Assembly: GCA_013265495.1 (NCBI GenBank)
Contig: MU058478.1
Location: forward strand, 367,899 to 387,898
Length of the DNA: 20,000 bases
Origin: Vicugna vicugna
Lineage: Eukaryota
Direction: 5' to 3'
Shown: in pieces, positions 10,280 to 20,000 of the stretch
Numbering within the stretch: position 1 is the stretch's first letter
How the letters are laid out: every line of letters begins with the position of its first letter
Position numbers and translations under genes: made by a program
The notes under the pieces: model-generated
Told to the model about the DNA's origin: nothing
The model's database searches: none
The model's input: the letters and a program-made list of their open reading frames with translations, nothing else

Positions 10280-12274
10280 TAGAAAAACATGACTTTTGTT
10301 AAAGAGAAAACTCATTCTTTGGGTCAAAAGAGAACCAAGAGCCTCGGTCTGCCTGAAGAGACAGGTGTCCTGATCAGTGAGCCAGACTTGGGACTTATAA
10401 CTTGGGATCAAGTTACATCTCAACAATTATTAAGGTCCAGGTGACTGGGTGGCTTTTGGTGCATTCTGAAGACAAACGAAGGTACAAATACAACTGCCTA
10501 ATAATCCAGTTGGTCCAGTGTGTCTTTCCATCAGGGCACTGACCCGCGATGGCTCTGCAGGGGGCACCTGTCCCCGCCAGTGGGAGACGGCACTGCATAT
10601 CCCCTGATGGATCTTTCTAGCTGTCTTTCTCTCTTTTTTTTTTTAAATCATCCTCTTAGCATCCTAAATGTGCTATTTTTATTTTAATAGACAGCTAAAG
10701 TTTGACAAAGGTGATATCTCCCCTCATTTTAGAATTGATTCTTTTTCTAACTTCGCCGTGGAACTCCCCTGTTGAATGAGGAGATAGAATTTAAAAGTAT
10801 GCAAGCTGTCTATCAATTAGCCAGGGAGTGAAATATTGCAGATAACAGAGATGCTTCTCAAAGCTGAGCCGGGTGTGTGGCGAACTGCTCTGAGAAACGT
10901 GCCAAACTTTCCTCCACTAAACCCCCAATGTTAGGGGGGAACACAGGGCACGATTTTTCAATGACCAGTCAAGTCACTACTAAACTGTAAAGATCTTTTC
11001 TCCCTCTTATTAAACAGCAAACTCCTGGCAACTTTGAATAGTATTCTAGCAGAAAGGTCACGCTGCATTGAGAAATGTTAACTTATGTCCATCTTTGAAG
11101 AAAGTGATTCTTTCCATCTTTCCTTTGCCACAAAACTACAAAGGAAGGAAGCAAATAAGGGAGCAGCCAGGTCCGATCCGAAAGTCCAGGAGGGGAGTTG
11201 TTCACGGGACAATCCATTGCAGGTGGCTTCCTTGGCGTCTGATGGCACTTAATTTTCTGGGGAACGTGCTATCGGGTCCTTGTACGCCACCTTCATGAGG
11301 TGTCAAGTGTCCTCCTCAGCCGGGGAGTGGCAGGCCGGATGAGGGCATCCCCTGCCTGGTCCCAGCGTACGTGCTGCAGGCTGAGTTCACGTCAAATGCC
11401 ACACCGTGCAAATGATGCCTCAAGGATGCATAAGACATAAGGATGCTCTGCAGATCTGAGGAACCGGAGGGCAATGATAATTCAGAAATGATGAATGATT
11501 CATAGGCTTATGCAATGAATTTCACAACTTTTTGGTGATGTCAAAGCATTGCATTTCTGGTCATCTTCACAAGTTCTCAACTTACAAGCACTAATTACAT
11601 GAATACAACTGCACGAATCTTTCCGATTTGGGACGATCTCGCACATAGACTGCTGTTAAGTACCATAAAATGATGCTTTTTTTACAGAAGCAAAACTTTT
11701 ATTGTGTCCATCTAGGTACATTTTACAACAGCTGATATTTTGTAAAGTGCCTAATAGCCCCTTTCTCAAGAGCAACATTTTTTTTTATAGAAAGTTAAAT
11801 TAAATTTAAAGTATATGGATTTAAATTCTAATTGCAACCTTTCATCCGAAGGCAAAATTGGATATTTCCTCTGCCCACCCCACCTCAAATTAGAATATAA
11901 TTTTTTTATTCATACTCACTCTATTTCAGCCATAGGTTAATGCCCATTTCATTTATGGTAGGAAGTTTATAATACCTTTTAAAATCAGTGATCGTCTTGT
12001 ATGTGTCTTCAAGCTGCTCGTGGTCGCCAACTCACTTAGCTGTGAAAATTCACTGCAGAACTAAGGAAACATAATCGACAATGATGCCAACGATGGTATA
12101 AGTGCCCTTTATGGAATTTGGATCACGTCCAAGTTTTCCTGTTGCGCCTTCTCTGCGCACTGCGTGGAAAACATTTGGAGAAAATTAAAATGGAAACAAA
12201 AGCATGACGCGTGTGCCTCGGTCTCTCCCGAGACCAACAGAAAATCAAAATGTGGTGCAACGTTCAGATATATG

Positions 12275-12326
12275 TTTTAGATCCCTGGGGGATTCACATT
12301 CTCAGGGTGAGAACTGCTGGTTTAGA
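12275..12326. mobile_element. MER5-like hAT DNA transposon terminal fragment
   Basis: GGGGATTCACATTCTCAGGGTGAGAACTGCTGGTTTAGA resembles the MER5A end (GTTTGAGAACCACTG..CTAGA). Confidence 0.4.
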
Positions 12327-12569
12327 CCCAGCATTTTACATGGGCCACGTCCCTAAATCATCCCCCGTTAACTGTGCGACAAGTCAAGAAATTGGCATTT
12401 AGGGAATTGAAACAACTTGTGCAGTTTCACATGGATACTGATACGGGGAGGTGAGTTTTGACACAAATGATCTAATCAAAGCCTTTGAGATGCGTTTTGG
12501 CGAGATCCAGAACTCAAAATGTTCGACTCTTCCTCCACGTGTGTATTGCTTCTGGTAAATTCCTTCCAC

Positions 12570-12760
12570 AACAGACAGAGGACAGACAGATGGACAGATG
12601 AAAGAATATAGATCAAAAATATGTACGTAAGTAAACACACACATACATACATTAGATGATGGATGAAAGAAAGAGATAGAAAAATGTGTGAACACATAAT
12701 GTAAATTAGATGATTGACAGATAAATTGATAACTAGATAGACCAACAGACAGACAGACTT
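12570..12760. repeat. Degenerate (GATA/GACA/GATG)n low-complexity tract
   Basis: Recurrent AGAC/AGAT/GGAT tetramers (GACAGACAGATGGACAGATG, TAGATAGAC, CAGACAGACAGAC). Confidence 0.7.
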
Positions 12761-13169
12761 TATGAACTTCCCTGTTGCAGCCAAGCATGTAGAATCAGTT
12801 ATCAATTCGGCAGTTTTTTTTTTTTTAATGTTTTGCTTTTTATGTTTTATTTTAATTTGGCAATCATTTGTATGGGAGGTCAAGATCTTTTTTTTTTTTT
12901 CTCCCCGAAGCTTAATGTGTTACTAGACGACTGCATTTTTTCATTTTGGTGTCACGAGACGTCACTAGGTGACAAGGTTTATTAAGACAGTCATTCCTCA
13001 TTCTGTAGCCAAGTGATTCTGTTTTTGTATTTTTGCTCTTTTTTCTTGGTTTTGTAGGGTTATTAAGAAAGATTGCCCGTCAGGGCAGTCTTTTGCAGTT
13101 GTAAACGCCACCTTTATTTTGAACTGTGTAATTTGGGGGCAAGAATATATTCAGAGCTGGCAGAAAAAT

Positions 13170-13212
13170 GCCTATAATTGGCGTGGGCGTGTCTCTGTTC
13201 CATTTCCGGTAG
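13170..13212. promoter_or_regulatory. Compact cluster of promoter-type motifs (CCAAT, KLF/SP GT-box, ETS)
   Basis: ATTGG at 13177-13181, GGGCGTG at 13185-13191 and ATTTCCGGT (reverse ACCGGAAAT) at 13202-13210, in apparently unique sequence; motif evidence only. Confidence 0.3.
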
Positions 13213-13752
13213 GATTTCTTTCGTATTTGCTCTGTGAGATGCTTTAAAAGAACCACGTTCACCAAGGAACCAGGTTAGGAATCGTGGAAGCGCTTTTCTT
13301 TCTTATTTCTTTTCGCTCATCGCTCTGGTCACACACTGTTGTTCAGAATGTCCTCTTCTAAACACTCTCCGCTGAAACGCCTTTGCCACATCTTTAGGGA
13401 CTTCTCTTCAGTGTTCTTGAGTGTGAATTTTTGCCACTTACTAGTGTAGACTTCCTTGCGGTTTTCTCCTTGACTCATCTTTCCTTGTGCAAATACAGAA
13501 TTCTTTAGAGTTACCGAATTTTACATGAATTTTCAGCGCACTCAAGTTACAAATGTAGAAATATAGGCACTCCCAGGCTTTCAAGGTCAACTTTTGAAAC
13601 TTGCTACACATTTTTTTAATGCAGAGAATAAAGAAAAATCGCCTCTTCTTGTGCTTGCAGTGAGGTTCATTTACCCTCAGTTGAGCAGACTGAATTCCCT
13701 TTAAATCCTTCTAAAACCTAGTTAATTAAATTTCATATATTAAACTGTATTT

Positions 13753-13828
13753 ATGATATATTTGCACAATGGAATACTACTCAGCCATAAAAATGACAAC
13801 ACAACATTTGCGGCAGCATGGATGCTCA
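13753..13828 (+). mobile_element. Orphan ~75-bp L1 ORF2 fragment
   Basis: ATATATTTGCACAATGGAATACTACTCAGCCATAAAAATGACAAC...ATTTGCGGCAGCATGGATGCTC aligns with 3072-3149. Confidence 0.88.
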
Positions 13829-14069
13829 TGAATTTAGGCATTGTTATTTAGTGATTTCATGTGTCTGACGAGGAAAATTTACATACCTAACCAACAAAAT
13901 CTTCAAAATCTTTTAAAGAACCTCTGTAGATATAATAAACTTATACAATACAATAAACAACATTATGTCAAACACTACAATACATGAATACACTTGATCA
14001 AATTGCCTTACATTTTCTGCTTAGAACGAAGGATTAAATTCTAAGTCTCTTTTAAACGTTAGCAAAGTT

Positions 14070-14232
14070 GTATTATTTGCGAAAATTGTGAAATGTAGTC
14101 GCTTAAAGTCAGATGCACAGATTACAGGAGTTCATTTCAGTGTGCTTTTGACAAATGTATACATTCACGGAATGCAGATCCCAAATAAAATACGAAATAT
14201 TGTCATTACCCCCCACAAGAAGTCCCTTGTGT
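14070..14232 (-). mobile_element. Old L1 (L1MB/L1MC-like) 3' end
   Basis: ATGCACAGATT...TTTTGACAAATGTATACA...CCCAAATAAAATACGAAATATTGTCATTACCCCC...AAGTCCCTTGTG matches the antisense L1MB-type 3' terminus. Confidence 0.7.
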
Positions 14233-14393
14233 TAAGATACTTCAAATCTATTTTTAAATGTTTAAAAAACAAACATTTACGAACCATTAACAAATAAAAA
14301 TCAGCAATATTATCACTGTGGTATTGATACACGGTTAAATACAAAAGTAATTACCTGATCTGCAAAATTATAAAATTACTCGCTTTTTAAAGA

Positions 14394-14604
14394 AGTGTTT
14401 CTGAATCATAAGCCATTTTGCTCCAGAAGGTCGTGTTTGGCAGGGCCTGGGGATCTTTCTTTGGTTTTCAGAAGAAGGGGTACGCAGGCATCTAGGGAGC
14501 GGCAGTCAGAGATGCTACAACACACCCCATGATACACAGGTAGCCCCAACCCCAACAGAGAATTAGGAGCCCAAATGTCGATGTGCGCAGGTGGAGAAAC
14601 ACTC
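14394..14604 (+). mobile_element. MER20 (hAT-Charlie) DNA transposon, near full length
   Basis: Collinear MER20 motifs over ~210 bp: ATTTTGCTCC, TTTGGCAGGGCCTGGGGA, GGCATCTAG, GATGCTACAACACACC, ACACAGG, AACAGAGAATTA, CCCAAATGTCGAT, AGGTGGAGAAAC. Confidence 0.85.
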
Positions 14605-16000
14605 TCCAAAGACAGAGGTTGACCATTCCAGCCTGAGGCAACTGGGTCTAAATGTGACCATATTTTTGCTCATCAAACAGAGTCTTCAGCCTGGGGGTAT
14701 ACTTAGGAGCTAAAAATGTCCAGAAAGTTTCTACACCAACCTCAGAAAGACCTTAGATCAGTTACAGCCATTTCCATAGCTCATATGTCTGCAGGGGACC
14801 CCTCCGTCCCACCATGCACGTAGCTCTCAAAACCCATCCCCTAGGATCACATTGGTCCCCATCCATTATTTGGCATTCTAGTTAAAATTTTATCATCTGA
14901 CTCAGCCTCCCTCATAAATCAGCAGACGTTTTTACTTCTTCCCATTTCTTTTCGCACGACCCTCAAAGATGCCCTTTGGGCCACAATTCCAAAATCACTC
15001 TCATGACGCCTCTCCTGAGACAATTTCATCTGCCCCTGCTTTTGAAACCACTTATAATTTCATCACCCCTTCTGTCCCCGACCTTTCACTCCTTAAATAC
15101 CCGTGTTTCAGTAAACAGTGCAAGCTGGAGGCATATTTCTCCTTCATTCCCCAATATCAACAGATCAAACAGGAAATACACCAACCCCTTGGTTTTTCCC
15201 TTTGTTCTCAAATAGCTCTTGGATCTATGCACCTCTCTCTAACCCTGTCTCCAGTCACCCTTGATTGACTATTGATTTTTGTCTGGACCAGAGAATGGCC
15301 AACTCCTCCTGAAGGATCTTTCTACCAATAATCTTACCTCCTCTGTTTAATGTTTGCTATTAAACATTTCTGTGATGCGAAATTTTTATTCTGGCAATGG
15401 TTTGGAAGGTTACCTTTAATCCGTAAAGCCCGTGTTTTCTAAAATAAGACAAACGTCCTATAAAGGTCTGCTTTTTAGTACAATTTTAAATAAAACACAA
15501 CCATGTCAATTTTAGGTCTATCATTCTTTTAAAATACTTGGTTTTGAGTCATTAGAGCATGCATTCTTAAATAAAGATGGTTTATGATCACAGTACAATT
15601 TTTAAAAAACTATTTTCAATATTGCTTTGAAACTAACCTTTTAAAAGGGCAAAGTATTTGTATCTGTGTGAGTTCAAGAATGTCAGTGTTAGTGTTGCTC
15701 AGGCTGAAAACCCACAACATCCGGGTCACGAGGGGCCCCTTTTGTTCCCACACCTCTGTCGCGTGTAGCTGACTGAGACACAGCGTGGCTGGATGGGCTC
15801 TGCTGAGCTGGGCTAGTTTGGATGTGCAGATCAGCTGGGTGCACTTTGTGAGTGGGCCGGGGTCTGGGAGAGCTTTTGAGGTGGCAGGGGGCTTGTTAAG
15901 GCAGCTCAGCTCAGCACATCCACTCCCTGGAGGACCGAGCAGGACCCTGTGGCTCCCCTCTGGGGCAGACCCCTCCCCGTGTCCTCCCCTGCAGCTCCTC

Positions 16001-16403
16001 TCTGAAGGGCCCAGACCATAGCATCTCATGTGTATTTTCTGAGTGTTTCAGATGCTCAAAACCACCACCAAAGGGAAGACATTAACTACTTGATGATGGA
16101 AAGCACGTGGCCCCCGGACCTTCTGGTGGCTGGTGGGTGATGGTGTTAACCTTCCTGTTCCCTCCACATCAACCAATCAGAGGCTTGTGCAGGAGGAGCT
16201 GACCACGCACCCTGCAAGCTCTCACCTGGCCTTTAAATATGCTTTGCTGAAACCCTTCAGGGAGTTCAAGGTTCTCTTGGGTACGAGCCACCCCATCCTC
16301 CTTGCTCAGCCCTGCAATCAACCTGTCTCTGCTCCAAAGCTAGATGTTTCAGTTTGTTTTGGCCTCGTGGTTCACAGGGCACACGGACTTGCCTTCCCTA
16401 ACA
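16001..16403 (+). mobile_element. Solo LTR, ERV1-like
   Basis: CCAATCAG box (~16173), TATA-like TTTAAATAT (~16231), decayed poly(A) signal GCAATCAACC (~16314), end CCCTAACA. Exact TSD CCTC at 15997-16000 and 16404-16407. The 5' dinucleotide reads TC rather than TG. Confidence 0.8.
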
Positions 16404-16487
16404 CCTCGGCTTTCCGTCACCCGTTATGACCCTGACATTATACAGGGCTCATCTTTCCCCCAGAAAGTGCAAGAGGACAAGGAGCCA

Positions 16488-16802
16488 CCTGGAGATGGGC
16501 CTCCGAGGACGTCATTGAGGACAAATGAGGTCATAAGATTGAGGTCCTGATCCGAGAGGATTCTTGTCCTTAGCTGAAGAGACAGCAAAACTGTCACTCC
16601 ATGTGCGTGCAGAGGAAGGGTCGTTTGAGAACAAAGTGTGTCACCGTCTACGAGCCAGAGAGAGGGGTCTCACTGGACACCAAGCTCTCCTGAACCTGGG
16701 ATCGGGGACTTCCAGCTTCCAGAATTGTGAGAAATACATTCCTTTTGGTTCAATTACTCAGCTTGCGGTGTTCTGTGATGGCAGGCCAAGCAGAATGGCC
16801 CA
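16488..16802 (+). mobile_element. MaLR LTR (MLT1A/MLT1B-like), 5' part missing or degraded
   Basis: TGGAGATGGGCCT, AAATGAGGTCATAAG, GGACTTCCAGCTTCCAGAATTGTGAGAAATACATT and GGTGTTCTGTGATGGCAG are MLT1 hallmarks in the correct order. Confidence 0.85.
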
Positions 16803-16900
16803 GTTTTTTGGTGAGACAGGGATAAGACTAACCCTAAACAGAGCATCTAAACGTATCATCCCCATAGAATGTTATCTGAAGAATTTAGAATTTTATGACG

Positions 16901-17210
16901 CAGCCAAAAGGTTTAAACTTCCATAAAGATAAGTAAGTATTAAGGATGTGATGGACAAGATAGGAAATATAATTAACACCGTTATATGTTATATATGAAA
17001 GTTGTTAAGAGAATAAGTCCTAACAGCTCTCATTACAAGGAAAAAAAATTTTTTTCTAGTTCAATTTTTTGACTGTATTCGATGATGGATATTCACTAAA
17101 CTTACTCTGATCATCATTTCATGATCATTATGCTGTTCACTTTAAGCTTATGCAGTGCTGTATGTCAATTAAATCCCAATCAAACTAGAAAAAATGAAAA
17201 GTTAAAAAAA
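16901..17210 (+). mobile_element. L1MA9-like 3' end with A-rich tail
   Basis: CAAAAGGTTTAAACTTCC...GAAAGTTGTTAAGAGA...TCTCATTACAAGGAAAAAAAA...TTATGCAGTGCTGTATGTCAATTAAATCCCAATCAAACTAGAAAAAA. Confidence 0.85.
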
Positions 17211-17863
17211 CATTTAGAAAGATTAATAACTGTTACTCCCAGTGTAAAAATACACACCCCACCACCACCACCATCAGCATCTTATGTATAAACCAATAGC
17301 ATTGGCCCCAAATAACCTCATTTTTTAAAAGTGTCTTTAGAAATGAGCGACCCACATTTTTCCCTCCCTGATCAAAATAATAACCCTGCATTACTTAGAA
17401 TACACATGGGTTGGATAAACGTTTATAAAACAATAAAATACGTTTCAAGAATCTGGCATTATTTTGTTTACTTATTTGCTTTGGAATAAATTAAGGTATC
17501 TAATTCAGAACTAGATTGACAGAGTAATGTAAGCCTTTCCAGGTTGGAGAGAAAAAGACGTATTACAACTGATGAGACAAAGACACACTATGATTGTTAC
17601 CGATGTAATTATTACATAATATCTTCACAAATATGCTGAAATCGTCATTAAATCCACAGGTGAGAGGAAGTTCAAAATTCTAGCAAAATTCAAAATAGGG
17701 AATTTCTGAGTTAAAAAAAAGGAGGATATTTGATTTCTACAAACTTTCGTATCAAAATTATAAGACATTAATAACGAAAAACACACCTAACTGTGAATGT
17801 AAAGGAAAGGTGAAACATTTGCTATGTCCAGGAAAATAAAAAGGCTCCTTCTAGGTGTAGAAA

Positions 17864-18375
17864 TGTAGAAGGGAAGAGTGAATCTGATTCTCTATTGAAT
17901 CTGTTCCTTTAGGTCTAACCCTGGGCTCTGTTTCCTGTGCTGAGTCGTGCTGGCTCTGCACCTTTTGTAACAGAATGTTGCCTGGAGCCTGAAACAGACT
18001 GGAGAGCCCATCCTCAAGGCTCTGGTCTTTAACATTTTTCCATTCATACAGAGATAAAAAGTTGCAGAACAGAGAATAACACTTGTCTTGTGGGAGGTTT
18101 TCAGGGGCACCATGACCTGGCCCCGGGGGACAGCTGCAAGAACAAAGGATTCCTGCACCCAGAAGTTTGCAACAACCAACCACACCCCTTCCCCTTTTTA
18201 GTATCAAAGGAGCCTGAATTCTGACTTGGGGAAGATGGTTCTCCAGGACATGAGTCCCCCATCTTCTCGGTCTGCTGGCTTTCCAAATAGAGTCGCTATT
18301 TCTTGCCCCAACACCTCATCTCCCAATTTATTGCCCTGTTGTGGGGTGAGCAGAATGAGTTTGGTCTCAGTAACA
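17864..18375 (+). mobile_element. Solo LTR, ERV1 class (MER41-related laurasiatherian family)
   Basis: TGTAGAAGGGAAGAG...CTCAGTAACA termini; exact TSD GAAA at 17860-17863 and 18376-18379. Internal MER41-like motifs GATGGTTCTCCAGGACATGAGTC and CATCTTCTCGGTCTGCTGGCTTTCCAAATAGAGTC; poly(A) signal decayed to AATAGA. Confidence 0.9.
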
Positions 18376-19334
18376 GAAAGTTTAAATAAAGTCTATTCTC
18401 CAATGTATCTATGTCACTGCAAAAAATCTGTTGTGTCAACTTCCTTTCATTGTAAATCTTTCAGAGAAAACATAAATCTGGTTGGAACCCAGAGGATTAT
18501 GGGTTCACCACCTTGGTTCTACAAGCATGTGTTGAGTTGGAACTGTGTACATTTCTGGGAATCCCTGGCCAGTTCTGGGCCCCTGGTACCAAGTGAAGGA
18601 CTGAGCAAGTCTGGCTCCTTCCTCTTCTCAAAAGACTCCATTTTAACACCCACAGAAGAAACCTACATTGTTCAAAGGTGTCTAGGAAAATGAAAGTCAC
18701 TGTGTGACCCAGTAAAACATGCCTGGAATGAATAGATGAATTCAGCTCTCAACTGACAGCTCTCACAGATGGTAGCTTCATTTGGGAAACAGTCTAATCC
18801 TGGAACTCCCGAGGTGCCACTAAATCCAACTTAATTCTCAATATGGCAGACGAAATAGACTTTTCTTCCTTCTAACTCAGCAAACATGGGGAAACCTGGC
18901 CAGAACACTGCATCATCTACTGACAGGAATTAGCAATATTATCCTGTCACAAAATACACCACAAAAATGATAGCTGTTGATGGAAAACTTTCTTGAATTC
19001 CAGCATAGAAAACAGGGACCCAAGAAGATAAATGTATCCAGGAGACTCAATGTTCAGAATTTTTCATGCGTGGATTAAGTTTTTTAATAGATTTCTTCTA
19101 CCACTTTGGAAATAAAATGCATTTAGTTCTTTGTGATATTAAAACCTTTTAATGTAGTGAATTGAATTCCGTGGTTCTAAAGTACATGCCACATAATATT
19201 TTGGCTTCCTTTTCTTATCCACATTGCTTTCTAGTTTTAACTGGCCTCTTTATGTTGTAAACATGGTTTTAAGCTACAAAATGGTTTTTTTGAGCTCTCT
19301 ATGCTAAAAGCTTAAGAGCAATGCTAGCAGATTG

Positions 19335-19480
19335 GAAATGTGTTCAAGTTTCTAGGCCCTATTCCTGGAGATTCTAATTTAGCAGAAGTAGGATGGACCC
19401 TGGTATGTGCAGGGTGTATCACATCATTAGCTTCCTCTCACATGTTTCCAAAGAAAGTGGCTTGCTAAGAACCTCTGTAA
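19335..19480. mobile_element. MER5-like DNA transposon fragment
   Basis: TTTCTAGGCCCTATTCCTGGAGATTCTAATTTAGCAG...GGATGGACCCTGGTATGTGCA...AAGAACCTCTG resembles MER5A. Confidence 0.55.
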
Positions 19481-19904
19481 ACCCTTCAAATTATGGGAAA
19501 CTAAAAGGAAAAGCCTTTAGTCTTGTTCTTAGGAAATGTCCTCTGAAGGGTCAGCAAAAGGGGAGCATCCTTTCCAAATTACTCTCAGATGTTTCAGAAA
19601 AAGGTAAAGCAAATTGCACAAAATGTAAATGATCGGTAAATTTCAAGACAGACGGGAATTCATTGTCTTATTTTTTTTCCCCATTTACCCTAAGTTTGAA
19701 ATTATATTTAAAATCTGAGAAATTCCTGTGGAATTTAGGTTGAATTTAGGAACTTAGCAAGTTGGTACCTTCTGGAGGAAAGAAGAGGTTGGTGGAGCCC
19801 AGATGGTGTCTTAGGGTCTTGGTGGAGGAACTGGATAAGGGTAAATGCCACAAAGGAAAACCAAAAAGAAAATGTGTATTAAATGGTGCTGTATGTACAT
19901 GCAC

Positions 19905-19928
19905 GTGTGTGTGTGTGTGTGTGTGTGT
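19905..19928. repeat. (GT)12 microsatellite
   Basis: Read directly from the sequence. Confidence 0.97.
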
Positions 19929-19978
19929 TTACATTCAAGTCACGCATGTGTTAGTGTATGTGATGTTCCTGTACGTAA

Positions 19979-20000
19979 CACACACACACACACACACACA
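19979..20000. repeat. (CA)11+ microsatellite running off the window end
   Basis: Read directly from the sequence. Confidence 0.97.

Noticed and set aside
12399..12883. 129-aa and 135-aa hydrophobic ORFs resembling membrane proteins
   Set aside because: Translation of degenerate TCTA/TCTG simple repeats.
15616..18693. ORFs of 98-155 aa at 15616, 16133, 16564, 17851 and 18226
   Set aside because: Mostly overlap LTR/MaLR sequence or GC-rich flank; no gag/pol/env or other recognisable motifs.
1..20000. CRISPR array, operon, rRNA/tRNA or prokaryotic/viral defence system
   Set aside because: No regularly spaced repeats, no dense long ORFs and no structured RNA gene seen; the content is typical mammalian interspersed repeats.

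Overview
This is mammalian genomic DNA: non-coding, repeat-rich, and intronic or intergenic. The young LINE-1 3' ends resemble camelid L1 (L1_Vpa-like) as I recall it, so the species assignment is inference. I recognise no known protein-coding gene, RNA gene or prokaryote-style system. The only ORF with recognisable homology (2667-3173) is the C-terminus of L1 ORF2 inside a 5'-truncated, inverted L1 insertion. The window holds two young L1 insertions with readable target-site duplications (TSDs) and twin-priming inversions, plus an orphan L1 ORF2 fragment. It also has three ERV1-type solo LTRs with 4-bp TSDs (two exact, one inferred), a MaLR LTR, MER20/MER5, L2, MIR and older L1M fragments. 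Two leads stand out. First, a chain of minus-strand candidate exons (7469-7237, 7079-6954, 6073-6008, 5379-5219) may be an unrecognised spliced transcript, with its last donor taken from an LTR. Second, three separate L1 pieces break within about 40 nt of the same point at the end of ORF2. Repeat family names come from recalled consensus sequences and need RepeatMasker/Dfam confirmation.
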